From positions 119,662,001-119,722,000 of the forward strand of contig NC_087436.1 of assembly GCF_036321535.1 (NCBI RefSeq): a stretch of DNA of 60,000 nucleotides, read 5' to 3'. Below are positions 1-12,334 of this stretch, piece by piece (within the stretch, counting starts at the first letter, position 1; every line of letters starts with the position of its first letter). The notes under the pieces are model-generated. The model saw only the letters and a program-made list of their open reading frames with translations. It was not told the DNA's origin and did not search any database. The DNA is from Camelus dromedarius. Its lineage: Eukaryota. A program made the translations under genes and the position numbers.

Positions 1-519
1 CTGGGCTGCCTGGAGACGGGTGTCCCAGGCAGGGGGTTAGGGGCCTGGGCGCTGCCCCTGGAATGGGGCCTGAAGGGTGGGCAGGACCACCCTGCTTTAC
101 AGATGAGGAAACAGCGAGTAACTGGTGCAGGGCCCCCCATGGGGCTCTCAGGGCTCGGGATTCAGTGAGCGAGGCCCTGGTGTTAGCATGAGAGTGTGTG
201 CTCAGCGAATATTCAGTGACGGCCAAGTGAACTGTTGCAGTCGCAGTTGCTGCTAGCATTGCTGAGGGACAGCTCCCACAGGAGGCAGCTCCCACGAGCC
301 GGGTCTGTGAAGCGGGACAGTTAAGATCCCACAAAGATGCTGCTTCTGAGACGGGCTTGGACTTTCCCATCTGTAACTGGCAAAGGGTGGTCCAGCGTGG
401 CCTCCTCTTTGCCTTTGGAAACCATTTGCACTGATCAGGTGACAGAAACCACAGATCGGTGTCTCTCTACATGTGAGCTGGAGCATTTCCTACGCACAGG
501 AGGGTGTGGGGCAGTTGCC

Positions 520-709
520 CAAACATGCACATGTAAATGAGTGAAGGGGGCTGGAGGAGACAATAGGGAGAGGTGGGGAGTCGGGCAAAGTGGAGGAAAC
601 ACCCTATCTCAAGGTATTCAAGCCTAAAAGAACTTAAGACTGTACACATGTCAAATGAAACCTGACTTTTGGCCAGATTTGGCCTGGGGTCCTGATTTGT
701 GACCTCTGA
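520..709. mobile_element. MER102-like hAT-Charlie DNA transposon remnant (internally deleted)
   Basis: GTAAATGAGTGAAGGGGGCTGG...AGACAATAGGGAGAGGTGGGGAG and terminal GGCCAGATTTGGCC...TTTGTGACCTCTG resemble the MER102 consensus as recalled. Confidence 0.6.
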
Positions 710-3399
710 CTTCCAGGGAGACTTCTAGCCCCTGAGACACTCCTTCAGGGCCTTGGGCTGGGAGTGGGTTGGGGAGAATCTGTTGGAAGCGGGACACTGA
801 ACTCCAGCTTGCCCACAGTCAATTTTGCTTCTGATCTTCCTGCAGTGATCTGAGGTCAGTCAAGAATTTTTTTTGTCTCCAAATATAAGAGAGACAGAAA
901 GGTAGTGGCTTCCAGTGATGCTGCGGAGAGCCCAGGTCTGGGTCAGGGGGACCAGGGTTTGAGTCCTGTGGCACCCGGAACTCTGTCTCTGGGAGGTGGG
1001 AGGGACAGCCCTCCTTCGTGGGTCCTGGGAGGTGACAGGGCACAGTAGATGTACTGGCCTGGGCACAGTACAGGCTCCAGGAAGGGCGGCTGCTCCTTCT
1101 GGGTGTGACATGAAAAGTAACCCCCCCTGCCTCCCGGGAGGCAGCCCCCGCAACAGTGCCCAGAGGGGCCGGGCTAGCGAGGGGCACTCGCGTCCCATTT
1201 TATGTATGAGTCGAGTGAGCCCTAGGGAGGTTACAGGATTTTTCCAGCAGTTCTGGGGAGGCTGGGCCTGGGGTGTGGGGTACTGACTCCCAGTCCCAGT
1301 CCCTGGGCCGCACCTCGTGCCCAAGTGTCAGCCAAGGCCTGCGATGCCGACTCCACCCTGGTTTTCTGCACTCGGGCTTGGATGCTCCAGTTCAGTGGCT
1401 GGAATGCTGGCCTGGGTACTGAGAGTTCCCTGAAAGTCCGTTTTAAGGGGCCGCTGAGCAGCCCATCAACAATTCCACACTGTTAGCGTCAGTCCTGGGC
1501 CAATACCAAAAGCCACAGCTGTGCAGAAAACGCCTGGATAGAGCGCCGGAAGGTTCCACGGCTGGGGTACTCTGTGCCCTAGCACGTGCGCCCAAGTCTG
1601 CATTCGGGGTACCTGGCCACATCCGCTCAGGAAACCCCTACCCTGCATTCTTGTGTCTAATCTGTAGATTTCAGGGTTCAGAGGTTACAGGTCACATGGC
1701 AGCACCCCACCCAGCTGGCTCTTTCCTGTGTCCTCATTGGGTCAAATGCCAGATAACTCTGGGTCCCTGCAGGGTGTTGTTAGAAAAGAAACCCACAGGC
1801 CCCGTCAGTGGCTCCAGGCCAAAGGGCTGGTGGCGGGGACAGACTTGTTTGCACTTGTGAAGCCTGACGGTGGCCCTGGGCAGCGCTAGGCAGGGCCGGA
1901 GGTGAGTCTGTGGCTGCTATTCTGAGACCCTGCTCAGCGCTCTGCCTCGGCCCGGGAGAGGTGCCCACAGGGCGATGTCACCCGCCCCTCCGTGTCGGGC
2001 ATGAGGAGTTTGTACGCTGAGGGTCTGTGGAGTTGTGTCCACACAGAGGTGGTGCTGAGCGTCCAGCTCTCTCCCCCGGACCCCGCTGTTCCTTTCTGCC
2101 AGCAGTGCAACCTCCCACCCAGCCACCTCCACTGGCAGGACCGCTGCCTGCCCGGCTCTGCCCACTTGCTTCCTCCTCCAGGAAGCCTGGTCTGATTTCT
2201 CCGCACCCAGCCTTCTCCATGGGACACAGAGCCAGTGCTCAGGAAGTATGTGCCACGCAAGCAGAGGTGAGACCCTTGCTCTGAAAGCCTTGGTGAGGGA
2301 GGTGCTGCCCCGACTCTGACTCGGTGTGTGCTCCCCGAGGGCTCCAGTCATCAGTGGACCCTGGGGCCTGCAGGTGTGAGCGGTGCAGTGGGGAGCCTGA
2401 GGGCAGAGCTGGAAGGCTTCCTTGCCCGCGGCCCTTTCCCCAGTAGAGCTGAGTGGCTGACTGAGGACTGCATCCTCTAGATGATGTCTCTTCTTTAGTG
2501 GTTTCTTTTGAGTTTATTGGAAGCTTTAATGTTTCTGGGTAATGAAATCCATTATCTGGTTTTCAGTGGAATACTTGGAAAAGAAAATTATTGGAATGAA
2601 TAAACAATGCAATATTTGTACCCAAACATTCCTTTAAAATATAATGAACAACATTTCTTCAGCACTTGCCGTGTTTTGGTTGTTTGGCCAGCCCTAAATG
2701 GCGTCGTAAAGCAAAGCAGAGAAGCAGATTTATGAGTCTTCACGGGACCGTTTCCTATATATTTTCTTTGGAGGATCTGGGCGTAAACATAGTCTTAGAG
2801 GAGCTGGAGGCCTGGCTTGGCAGCTCTCTCTTGACGGATGTAAAACTGAGGCCCGGGGAGGGCTGGCCCTGCCGCGTACAGATGAGGGTCATGGCCAAGT
2901 TTCCACCTTTGCTGGGCTGCTGCCTCCTCATCGCCAGGGATGTCAATGGAGAGCCCGCCTTGAGGGCTCGTAGGGGCCAAATGCGTTGCTGGGGAGGGAA
3001 GTGCTTCCTAATCCCTTCTTGTGACTAGAATCCACATCCCTGGAGGGCACGGCTCCTCCTTGCCCTAATCCTCCCCCCCACCCCAAAACACCGGCCACCT
3101 AAACAGCCAAACTCCTCCCTCCATGCAGAGCACCCTGACGGAGGGGGAGCCCTGGGCGGGGGCATTGGGACCTGACATCCGAGCCCCAGCACTTACATAG
3201 CGGGGAGGCCCCTGCGCACCGTGCGTGTGAGCCTTCCCAAGGCCAGGGTGCTCGCCTTTAAATTGGGGTAATTCCGTGACCGTGCCGGTCACGGTAGGGC
3301 TGGATGGCGGAGGTCTTGCTGGTTGGAGGGTGCGCTACGTGTGTTAACTGAGGTTACAGGCCACACCCTCCTGCTGCTGCATAGGGCAGCACGGGGCAG

Positions 3400-3575
3400 C
3401 TGGTTGGATTCAGACTTTATCTTCCAAACACCAGGTGTGTGGCCTGGCTGTGTAACTTTGGGCAAGTTGCTTAACCTTTCTGGGCCTCCAGTGCTTCATC
3501 TGTAAAAAAGAAGATGGCCTTTTCCTGATGGTATCTTATGAGCACTAGAGACCTCAGCCGAAAGTGCCTGGCGTG
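3400..3575 (+). mobile_element. MIR SINE
   Basis: MIR core GCTGTGTAACTTTGGGCAAGTTGCTTAACCTTTCTGGGCCTCCAGTGCTTCATCTGTAAAA. Confidence 0.85.
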
Positions 3576-4051
3576 CGAATGCACTTTGAAAATGGTGGTG
3601 GCTATCAGTATCACTAGCTGTGTGGCCTTGGCTCGGCACCTGGTGTGTCTCATTCTCTATTTTCTCATCTTGGCTTGATTTTTAGAGGTTTCTGTCCCTT
3701 GTTTAATTTCATTCCTCTTCCCAGGTGTACAGTTCTCTTGTAGTATTTATAGTATTTGAAGCTCTATGCTCCACTCAGAGTTTTGCAAAACAAATACATC
3801 ATCAAAACGTCAGGAGGACAGATGTTGCAGAGACAGCTCCTCTTGTGGTCTTCGTGGGAAAGGATGGCCCCTGAGTTAGGCCGGGGCATGGTGGCAACTC
3901 CAGGGACGGGGCCCCTGGGTGCTTGTGTCTGGGGCAGGAGGGGTCGTGACTCGGTCAGGCCAGCAGAGTTTTAACCACCTCCTCTGACTCATCTCAGGCC
4001 CCTAAACTGCTATTGTGAGTCACTTTGGCTGTGGTGGGTGGATGCTGGGTT

Positions 4052-4540
4052 TTTATCAGTCAGGATGTCTAGATGACTCTTTAGAAACAAACAGCCCCAA
4101 ATCTCAGTGGCTTAAAACTGTCACCTGTTATTACAGTTATATGGTTGACTGGCCCCATCTGCACGGGTTCCGCTTGGCTGTGGTCATCTGGTGGTGGGGC
4201 TGGAGTCACCTGAAGGCTCTACCGGGCTGGACGTCCACGACGGCGTCCTCACTCCTGTTTTGGGTGCCTGCGCTGGAACGGCTGGGCCGGCTCGGGGCTG
4301 GCTGGTGTCGCCCTCTCCCCGTGTGGCCCCTTCATGGGTCTGGGCTCCCTCCCATCATGGTGGCCCCAAGAACCAGCATTCCAAAAGGCAAAAGGGTGGA
4401 AGCTGTCGTGTGTCCCTTCTGCTGTTTTCGATGGCTGGGGAAGCTACAGAGCTGTTCCAGGTTCAAGGGGAGGGGCTTTGGGTTTCACCTCTCGATGGGA
4501 GCAGCGTCAGAGCACTCGTGGCCTTCTTTATCCTTACACA
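4052..4540 (-). mobile_element. MLT1 (ERVL-MaLR, MLT1F/G/H-like) solo LTR
   Basis: AAACAAACAGCCCCAAATCTCAGTGGCTTAAAAC, GGCTGGAGTCACCTGAAGGCT, CCAGGTTCAAGGGGAGGGG...CACCTCTCGATGGGAG are typical of antisense MLT1. Confidence 0.75.
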
Positions 4541-5574
4541 GCCACCATCTGCGAGAGTGCACTCTGGGCCAGATACTCATCAAAGGCTTTTCAGCCTCAG
4601 TTTCCTAGGAGTTCGGTATTATTAGATGCCCATTTTACAGCTGAGAAGGTAAAGGTGGAGGGAAAGTAACCTACCTGCTCAAGGCCTTCGGGGGTACGTG
4701 GAGGGGCCAAATTCGAAGCCAGGTTCCCTTCGCACCACAGTATGGATGTGTGTGAACAACAGCAAAGAAGACACTGCAGATTCCTCTTCCCCAGTAAGAG
4801 CTGGATTCATCAACCAGCGTCCCCACATGCAGGACTCTGCCCTCAGCGGGCTGAGGCAAGAACGAGTCTTGCACAAGGAGGGTGACAGTCCGCTTCAGCC
4901 CAGCCATGATTGCATCACCTGGGCCTCCTGGACTCTGAAGATTTCTTTTCTGTTGGCTGCTCCATCTGTAATTAAAAAAACCCCACATATTCTCTTTAAC
5001 AAGAAACATACTGGCTCTTCTGGTGTGGTTTAAAACGAGCGGCTTATTCAGAGACAGTTCGTCTTGAGTACTAATAAAAACAGGATGCATTTTTGTGTGT
5101 TTCCGTGGAGACTTCCCAGGACTTGTGTCCGCGAGACGCATCTTTGGATCCTGGGAGCGATTATCTTCTACACGTCTCCTGGTGTTCTGCAGGTCTCCCC
5201 GGCCGAGAGGCAGGTGCCGAGGAGGTTTGCGTGTGAGATAAGGACAGGGTGGATGCAGCCAGCCTGAGGCCTTTCGCGTATATGAGGAGCGGGAGATGCC
5301 AGGGTGCAAAGAGGCTGGGAAACATCTGGGCGCGCGGGGCTGTTGCAGCCGCGGTTGGGGCTGTTTAGAAGTCCATGTGTGTCTGCCAAGAACAGCGGGT
5401 TCCCTTTTGCTTTGCCACCTAATAAGAGAAACTCAGGCTTTCACTGAAGGCAAAAGGAACTCAGCCTTTTAAAATAGTCGTGCCTGCGCTGCCGTGGTGC
5501 CGGGCGCTGGCCAGTCGGCTGAGGGCAGCAGCCCCAGGCAAGGTGGAACATGGCGAGGATGCTGGGCGGGAGTT

Positions 5575-5690
5575 AGAGCAGAATCCTCGTCCCTGCTCTG
5601 CTACCAAGAAGCTGAATGACTCAGGCTAAGACAGAGTTCTTTGGACCTCAGTCTCTTCATGTCTAAAGTGGATGCATTAGGGTAATATCT
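5575..5690 (+). mobile_element. MIR SINE fragment
   Basis: CCTCAGTCTCTTCATGTCTAAAGTGG core. Confidence 0.65.
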
Positions 5691-5694
5691 TTTA

Positions 5695-5880
5695 TTTGTA
5701 GATGACAGATGCCCAGTTTAACCTATGGGGAAAAAAAAAGGAAAAAGAAGTATATACAGCATTGCATGATGGAAAATTCTGGGGGTAGATCTAGCTTCAA
5801 GTGTGGCTCTATCCAGGGGCTCAGACAGTGTCTTCTGAGCTCTGTCCTTTTCTCTTGCTCTGCCTCTGGGCTCTGCTGAG
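5695..5880 (-). mobile_element. MLT1J/K-like LTR fragment
   Basis: GGGGTAGATCTAGCTTCAAGTGTGGCTCTATCCAGGGGCTCAGACAGTGTC. Confidence 0.55.
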
Positions 5881-5979
5881 TGAAGGGATGAATTCTGGAA
5901 GAACTTGTTTTGTGAGGAGTCATCATAAAATTTTCTAGGGAATTGAACAAACAGGAGAGTTTTTTTTTTTTTTTTTAAA

Positions 5980-6440
5980 GAAGTGTGCACACCTGTATTG
6001 ACAGCATGGAGGATGGGCTGGGGGCCGAAGGCTACATTTTGCCTTGTCCAGTTGTCGGTGTGCAGGAGGCCTCCCCGTGAGCTGTAGCATGCTGTTCTCG
6101 GGCTGAGGGCGATTATAAATGCAGTAAGGGGGGAAAGATTTGAAACAAGATGCCCAGAATGCTGAATTTGCTCTGGTATTTTCACAGCATCTGTGGCTCC
6201 GGGTGGGAGAGATCTCCTCCCTAAGCCTCAGCGTTCCTTTCTAGAGTTGGCTAGGATACTGTCCGGTGGTGCCCTGATTGGCTAGTTGTGAAGAAATAAT
6301 TTAGATTGGTGTCTGGGGCGTGGCAGGGTGTCCCAGAATGTTACCTCTCTCCCTGACGTCAGTGTCCTTCAAAGCTCTCTTGGTCCCTTTGGCATCAGTT
6401 TCCAGTTGGCTCTGGTCCATCTGATTGGAATTCAGTTCAG
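5980..6440. promoter_or_regulatory. LTR-like segment with clustered promoter motifs (CCAAT boxes, GC box, CRE)
   Basis: ATTGG at 6277, 6305 and 6424; GGGGCGTGGC 6315-6324; TGACGTCA 6354-6361. Confidence 0.3.
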
Positions 6441-6464
6441 CCCCTTGCTGTGGGGAGCTATTGG

Positions 6465-6820
6465 CCACTGGTGGTTTAATTGTTTAGGGGTATATGTGTC
6501 CCACGCTGGAAAATGTCTAGGGTGAGCCAGCTAGTGCTGAGGGGGAGGCTTCCATCCCAGGCCCCTTCTGCCTTCCTGCCCTGCTCTCCTCAACATATGG
6601 CTTCATCCTTGGTTTACAGAGTGGCTGCCACACCTTCAGGCATCATGTTTATATTCCAAGCAGGAAGTGAATAAGGAGGTTAGGAGGGAAGGGAAACTTC
6701 CAGAGAGCCTAGCCTCTCAAAAAACTATCCCAGAAGCCCCCCCAGTGACTTTGGCGTCTGTCTTGTGGGTCACTACTTGGTCACATAGCCTCTCCCAGAG
6801 CCATGGGGTCTGGGGAGGCC
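6465..6820 (-). mobile_element. MLT1J/K-like LTR
   Basis: GGCTGCCACACCTTCAGGCATCATGTTTATATTCCAAGCAGGAAG, CCCAGAAGCCCCCCCAGTGACTT, GGTCACATAGCC. Confidence 0.7.
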
Positions 6821-7559
6821 GGTATCTCAGCTGAGCTTGTTGCCTCCCAGGACAGAACTGGGTTAGGTCGGCAAGGAGGAAATCTTCAGACCTCAGTTTC
6901 CCCATCTGTGCAATGGGGAGGGATTGGGGTATGTGTGCAAATTAGCCCATTGCCAGGTTGTCACAGACTTGGGGCCCGGAGGCCACGCTCTGCTAAGAGC
7001 TCCATTCTTAAGTCCTAAATACATCTGTGAGATCCCGTCTCTGGCTCCTTCCACGGCAGGTCGCTGAGGGAATGGAATCGGGCTAGTTCATCACAGCAGG
7101 TGGAAGAGGAGGAGGAGCCGGGAAAGATCTTACCCAGGCGCAGGGGGCCCTTCAGAGATGAAGTGAGTGACAGGGGCTGCTGCCCAAGATGCTTTCCTGG
7201 GAGGGGTCCCACCAGACGCCCAGCAGCAGGGACAGGAGGGTGGGGGCTCCTGCCCCTGGGGAAGGACAGTTTCCTCTGAGATGTTGTCATCTGTCCCTGT
7301 TGTCTGGCCAGGCTGGCTGGACGGTGGCCGGGTAGAAGTATGACTGGGACGTGAGGGGGACAGACCATGGGGTGAGGCTTCCTTGTTGGGGGCCCCACAG
7401 TCCCCGGAGAATTCTCTGAAAGCGAGGCTGCCCCCTGCAGCTCTGCGTACAGTGTCGGAGTCCAGGGACCCAGCGAGGCCCAGGGATGAACCCATGACTC
7501 CAAGGCACACAGGTTCTGTTGTTTGTGTCCAGACCCACCGCACATCCTGGGATAGAACT

Positions 7560-7830
7560 TTTCCGTGTCCTGAAGTTCTTCAAAGCAGCACACACTTGGG
7601 CAAGTGACCAGATGTATAGATACAAGAAAGTGCCTCTTATCATTGGTTATAATGGTGAAAAGTTGTTAAGGACCCGAACGGTTGCCTGCTGGGGACTGGT
7701 TAAAGAAATGAAGTCTCTGCAGCCACCGATGCAGTGCGTGTCTCTGTGCCTGGGGAGCGGGCCTCGAGAGGAGCTGGTGCCTGGACGCTGGCTGGGTTTG
7801 GTCCCATGTATGTAAAATTGTGTGTGTGTG
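7560..7830 (+). mobile_element. Old L1 (L1ME-like) 3' fragment
   Basis: CATTGGTTATAATGGTGAAAAGTTG...GGGGACTGGTTAAAGAAAT resembles L1ME 3' region. Confidence 0.5.
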
Positions 7831-7849
7831 AGTGAGTGAGTGCTGTTAG

Positions 7850-8098
7850 CCCTTCTAAACAACAGGCTCCTTGGGATGGGAGTTGCTCTGTGAAAAAAAA
7901 GATACTCAGTCGTGCAAGTGGAGGGTTTGCATTCGGTGGCCCCTTCAAGATTTGCCTTGTCTATGGGCCATCAAAGGCCCTGACAAGTCCTGTAAAGAAG
8001 GAGAAGCTAACCCTCTGTCTCCCAGACTTACGTGATGGGAGGACACTTTTCCAGTCACCCCCAGGTCCCGCTCATGGAACATACTCTGAGACCTTCTG
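7850..8098. mobile_element. hAT-Charlie non-autonomous element (MER112/113-like)
   Basis: AAAGGCCCTGACAAGTCCTGTAAAGAAG shared with the related copy at about 15020. Confidence 0.45.
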
Positions 8099-8340
8099 TC
8101 ACAGTATCTGCTCCACTCTGCGGGTATGAGCTGACCCCTGATGTCTGGGACTGGGGCCAGTCCTGGGGCAACTAGCGGTGACAAGACAGATGCAGCCCAG
8201 GCTGCTCAGTGCTCCGGGGTAACTGAGGAGTTACGTTCGTGGCCTGGCAGAGTGGAGGGGTGCGTGGACCCCAAACCCCATCTCGGAGCTTCCTCTGTTA
8301 TGGTCAGAGATTGAGAGAGGGTGGGGAAAGCATTCTAGGA

Positions 8341-8532
8341 CAGTGGTTCTCAAAGTTGGGTTCCCTGGACCAGCAGTAGCATCTGCCTCACCTGGGGTCT
8401 GCTGGAAACACAGATTCTCAGGCCCCGCCCCAGACTCGCTGAATCAGAAACTCCGGGGTCAGGCCCAGCACAGTGTTTTCTTGCCGTCTCAGGGGAGGGG
8501 GTGCTGGCACTCCTGGAGTTTGAGTCCCACTG
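8341..8532. mobile_element. MER5A DNA transposon
   Basis: Termini CAGTGGTTCTCAAA ... TTTGAGTCCCACTG; internal AGATTCTCAGGCCCCGCCCCAGACTCGCTGAATCAGAAACTC. Confidence 0.9.
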
Positions 8533-10074
8533 CTCTGGAGAAGGTAGCAGGCTGGCCAGGTGAGGCCTGAGGCTGGAGGGCGGGAGGGGCAAGGGCCTTC
8601 CAGGCAGAGTGTGCTGCTCGAGCAAAGGCCCTGCGGTGGGTGACTCAGGGGAGCTCAAGGAGCTGAGAGCCGGGTATGGCTGGGAGGGAGGGATAGATGC
8701 AGGGAGCAGGCAGGGCCTGGATGGGGCAGGCGGGGCTCAGGTGTGCGCATACCTGGAGTAAGATGTCCCCTCTGGGGCACTGGGTCAGGAGGGTGTTCCT
8801 CACCCTCTTTTGCCAGTGTTCTGTGTGGGTGGGCCTTTCTCATTGTACCGGGGTAATAGGCACAAACGGGCCACTGCAGGCGTCAGTGTTTCCCCCAGCT
8901 AAGCTCCAAGTAGTGAGTGTTCTCAAAATGATCAGAGATAGAAATCTCCAGCAGGCCTGGGTCCTCGGGGTGGCAAGCTGAGAGTTGCTGCATTTCGTTT
9001 TGAAATATTTGAAACAGTCAAATGAAACCCCCAGCAGAGCACTGGGCCCCACGGCATTATCTCTGCTGCCCAGATGGAGCCCCAGGAGGCCGCATGGCTG
9101 GTCCCAATTCAGCACCGGCCTTCTGGATGGAGACCCCAGCTTGGAGCCCCGGCACGGCTTGGATTCAGGCCCCGCCTCCCCCAGCTGGTCTCAGACCCCC
9201 ATGGCCCCGGTTTCTCCCAGCCAGGAGGCATCTGGAAGACCTGGGGAGTCATGACAACCATTAAGCATTTAAATAGTAACTCCTCTGGTCTTCCCTACCT
9301 GTGAACTTTTCCTGACCAGCCTGTTACCATCCCCACATCCAAGTCCCTTGTCCCCAGGAGTCCTCCCCACTGAGATTTGCTGCAGACACTCAGGCCTTGC
9401 AGGGAGGAGGGACCTGGGTGCAAAGATTCCACCCTGAATCCACGGCTGCACCCTGCCTTCCTCCACCCCTTGGAAATGACATGTTCAGTTTACACTGAGC
9501 TGTGACACCAGGCTGTCTTGTCCTCAGCAGGGTCCACAGCTCCTCCCAGAAATAGCTGGATCTTGCAGAAAAGGGGATGGGACCTGTAGGGGTGGTGGGA
9601 GAGGGGGGAGGACTGGGAGGGGCAGAAACACAGTGAGGAGAAGTGGGGGTCTCATGGGGGAAGGGCAGGGAGGTTAGCCTGGCCAGAGCGGGGTGGGGTG
9701 GTGGCGAGTCGGGGTCAGAGTGGACTGGTGGAGCTGGGACCACGACTGGGGGCCATGATGTCCAGCTGAAGGTTGTGTACCGACATCTTCCTTGTGTGGC
9801 TGTCAGCGGCAGAGGACAGCCACAGTGACCTCTGTCCTCGTCAGAAGTCTCATGTAATTGGTCTGGGGCTTCAGGGGTTGGTGCTCAGCTGGGCTGGTCA
9901 TCCTGTGAGGTTCAACTTAAGAAACATCCAGACCAGGGAGGAGACAAGCAGAATCTTGATCATTTGTGGACCCCGCCCTCCAGGAGGGGTGCCTGCCTCC
10001 CCAGCCATCAGGGGTGGGCTGTGCACGGTGACTTCCTCCCAAAGAGGACGGCGCCAGGGGACGAGAGGAGCTGG

Positions 10075-10680
10075 ACGTGGAGAATCCTGGCCAACACAAC
10101 CTTGGCCGGGGGTCAAGTCAATGTCACAGTGGCACGTCACAGCAGGTGCCCCCGACGTGATGGGACCTCCCCTCTATGCTCCTCCTCCCCAAACCCTCAA
10201 CCCCTGTCCCATCCAGAGACAACATCCAGCGAACCCTGACTGAGGACAGTCTACGAAACTTTCCACCAGCGCGTCTCCAAACTGCCGAGGTCGTGAAATC
10301 CAAGGAGAGTCTGAGAGACGGTCACAGCCCAGGGGGGGCAGAGGAGACGTGATGACCAGTGTCACCTGGTGTCCTGGGTGGGATCCTGGGACAGAAGAGG
10401 GGCATTCAGTAAAAACTGAAGAAATCTGAATGAAGTGTGGGCTTCTGTTAATAATAATGTATCAGTCTGGCCTCATTAGCTGTGACAAGTGCACCGAAAG
10501 AACGTGGAATGTTAACGACAGGGGAAGCTGGCTGCGGGGTATTCGGGACTTCTCTGTACTGATGGTTTTTCTTTAACTGAAGTGTAGTTGATTTACAGTT
10601 GTGTCAGCTTCTAGTGTACTATTTCTGCAACTTTCCTGTAACTCTGAAACATTCTAATGTAAAAAATTTGTTTAAAACAA
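10075..10680 (+). mobile_element. L1MC-type LINE 3' end
   Basis: GGGATCCTGGGACAGAAGAGG, AAAACTGAAGAAATCTGAATGAAGTGTGG, GTTAATAATAATGTATCAG, TCTCTGTACT...TGCAACTTTCCTGTAA and an A-rich tail. Confidence 0.85.
10561..10620 (-). mobile_element. Short 5'-truncated younger L1 3' terminus nested in the L1MC
   Basis: TTAACTGAAGTGTAGTTGATTTACAGTTGTGTCAGCTTCTAGTGTAC is the reverse complement of an L1 3' end; TGTACT occurs at both junctions. Confidence 0.65.
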
Positions 10681-10894
10681 ATCACCCCCAATAAGTCGGT
10701 TTCCATGCCTGGTCCAGGGGCAAAGCAATGCCCCCTCTGTGTCAGAGCCCCTCTCAGCCCCACTGCGGAACCAGCCCGAGGACAGTCATAGGATTTGAAC
10801 TTGGCTTTTGAGAAAGGAGACGGGGCTCCTGGCAGATTTCTCGCTCCCTCTCTCCCCCAGACGCAGACACAGGAGTCCCTCCTCCATCTGGATC

Positions 10895-11061
10895 AGGGAG
10901 GACTTCTCAGTTGGGGGCAGTTTCCGGTTGTCACCACTGGCTGGGAGTGCCTCTGGCATCTGGCGGGGAGGGACCAGGGTGCTGCCAAACATCCAACACG
11001 GTGCACCAGCAACAGATTTATCCGGATCAAAGTGTCAGTGGTGCCAAAGTCGAAGAGAACT
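10895..11061. mobile_element. MER20 DNA transposon (internally deleted)
   Basis: GGTTGTCACCACTGG, CTGGCATCTGGCGGGGAGGGACCAGGGTGCTGCCAAACATCC, AAAGTGTCAGTGGTGCCAAAGTCGAAGAGAACTG. Confidence 0.8.
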
Positions 11062-11247
11062 GTTCGGGAAGGACGCTCCGCAGTCTGGCCTCTCGTCTCG
11101 GCCAAGAGACGTCTCTCTAAGGTGCCTGCCACTGAGTCTTTCTAGCAGACTCTGCTTGCAGTAGTAGGCAGCTTAGAGGGGCAGATAATGCAGGCAGCTC
11201 AGGTGGTTGGATGCTGATGGTGTTCAGGGCCTTACGGTGAACTGACT

Positions 11248-11410
11248 CACTTCATCCTCACACCTCCTCTGTGGGACATGTGCTATGATGATTGTGTCCA
11301 TTGGACAGAGGGGGAAACCAAGGCACAGAAAGGTTGAGCCTCTTGCCTCAAGTCGCACAGCCAGCAAGTGGCAGAGCTGAGCTTTGGACCTGGGCCGTCT
11401 GGTTCTGGAG
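11248..11410 (-). mobile_element. MIR SINE
   Basis: CCATTGGACAGAGGGGGAAACCAAGGCACAGAAAGGTTGAG...GTGGCAGAGCTGAGCTTTGGACC. Confidence 0.8.
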
Positions 11411-12305
11411 GGTGTAGTTGGGGCCTTTCCTGCAGGGAGCACTGAGGCCTCTGAGTTGCTGTGGGCAGATGCTTCAAGGCTCTCCACGTGCAGTGGGGCA
11501 GGGGAGGGAGGTGCGGGGAGAGGCCACGGAGGTGCCCGAGGGGCCCTGCCCCAGCTGCGTGCCCCCGGCCCGGGGATCTCCCTGTGCTGCTCCCCAAATG
11601 TTGCCTGCATTTCACGCTGTCACTTGGTGACAACAGGCAGGGCGCAGGCGCCAGCCCCGGCCTCTCATTGCAGCGCCCGTGGACGTGGGCGTCAGGGCTG
11701 CCATGGAGACAGCCTGGGTCTGTCACCCGTCACACGGTGTTGTCATTAATGTGTGGCTCTGGGGCATTTGCTGGTGATTTGAGAAACTCAGTGGGAATTT
11801 CTCAGTCCTCCTCGAACAGAGCAGGTTTTGATATTTTAACATCTGGGGCCACGGGGCAGGAGAGGGCGAGGATATTATTAGAAGGTGCAGATCGCTGGCC
11901 CTCTCCCTCCTGGAGGCGGGCAGCTGGCCACGGGACAGAAGTGCCATTTTCAGGCAGAGGTGCGAGCCCCTCCTCCCTCACACCCAGGCCTGCGGGATGA
12001 ATCCGGAGGGGAGGCCGCACGCCCTGGCCCGGGGTGCTCCCAGGAAGAGCCCTTATCCGGAAGAGGGGGGCGGGCTGGTTTGCTCGGTGCTGTCCAAAGA
12101 GCCGGGCCTGGGCTGGCATCCTGCTGCTCTGCTGCCCACGAAGGAGCGTGTCTGCGGACAAGTCTCTTAACATCCCTGCGCTTCAGGGTGTCACTGCAAA
12201 AGGAGGTGACAGTAAGAGAAGTGGACACGTTGGAGGACCCTACACTGTGTGGGTCACTCCCCCCACCCCAGACCCACTTCCCCTTCCCCGTCCTGCTCTG
12301 TGCCT

Positions 12306-12334
12306 GGTGGTTGTGGTGGTGGTGGTGGTGGGGG
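12306..12334. repeat. (TGG)n microsatellite
   Basis: GGTGGTTGTGGTGGTGGTGGTGGTGGGGG. Confidence 0.8.

Noticed and set aside
12306..12334. Poly-His / poly-Trp stretches in the ORF track
   Set aside because: Translation of a (TGG)n microsatellite
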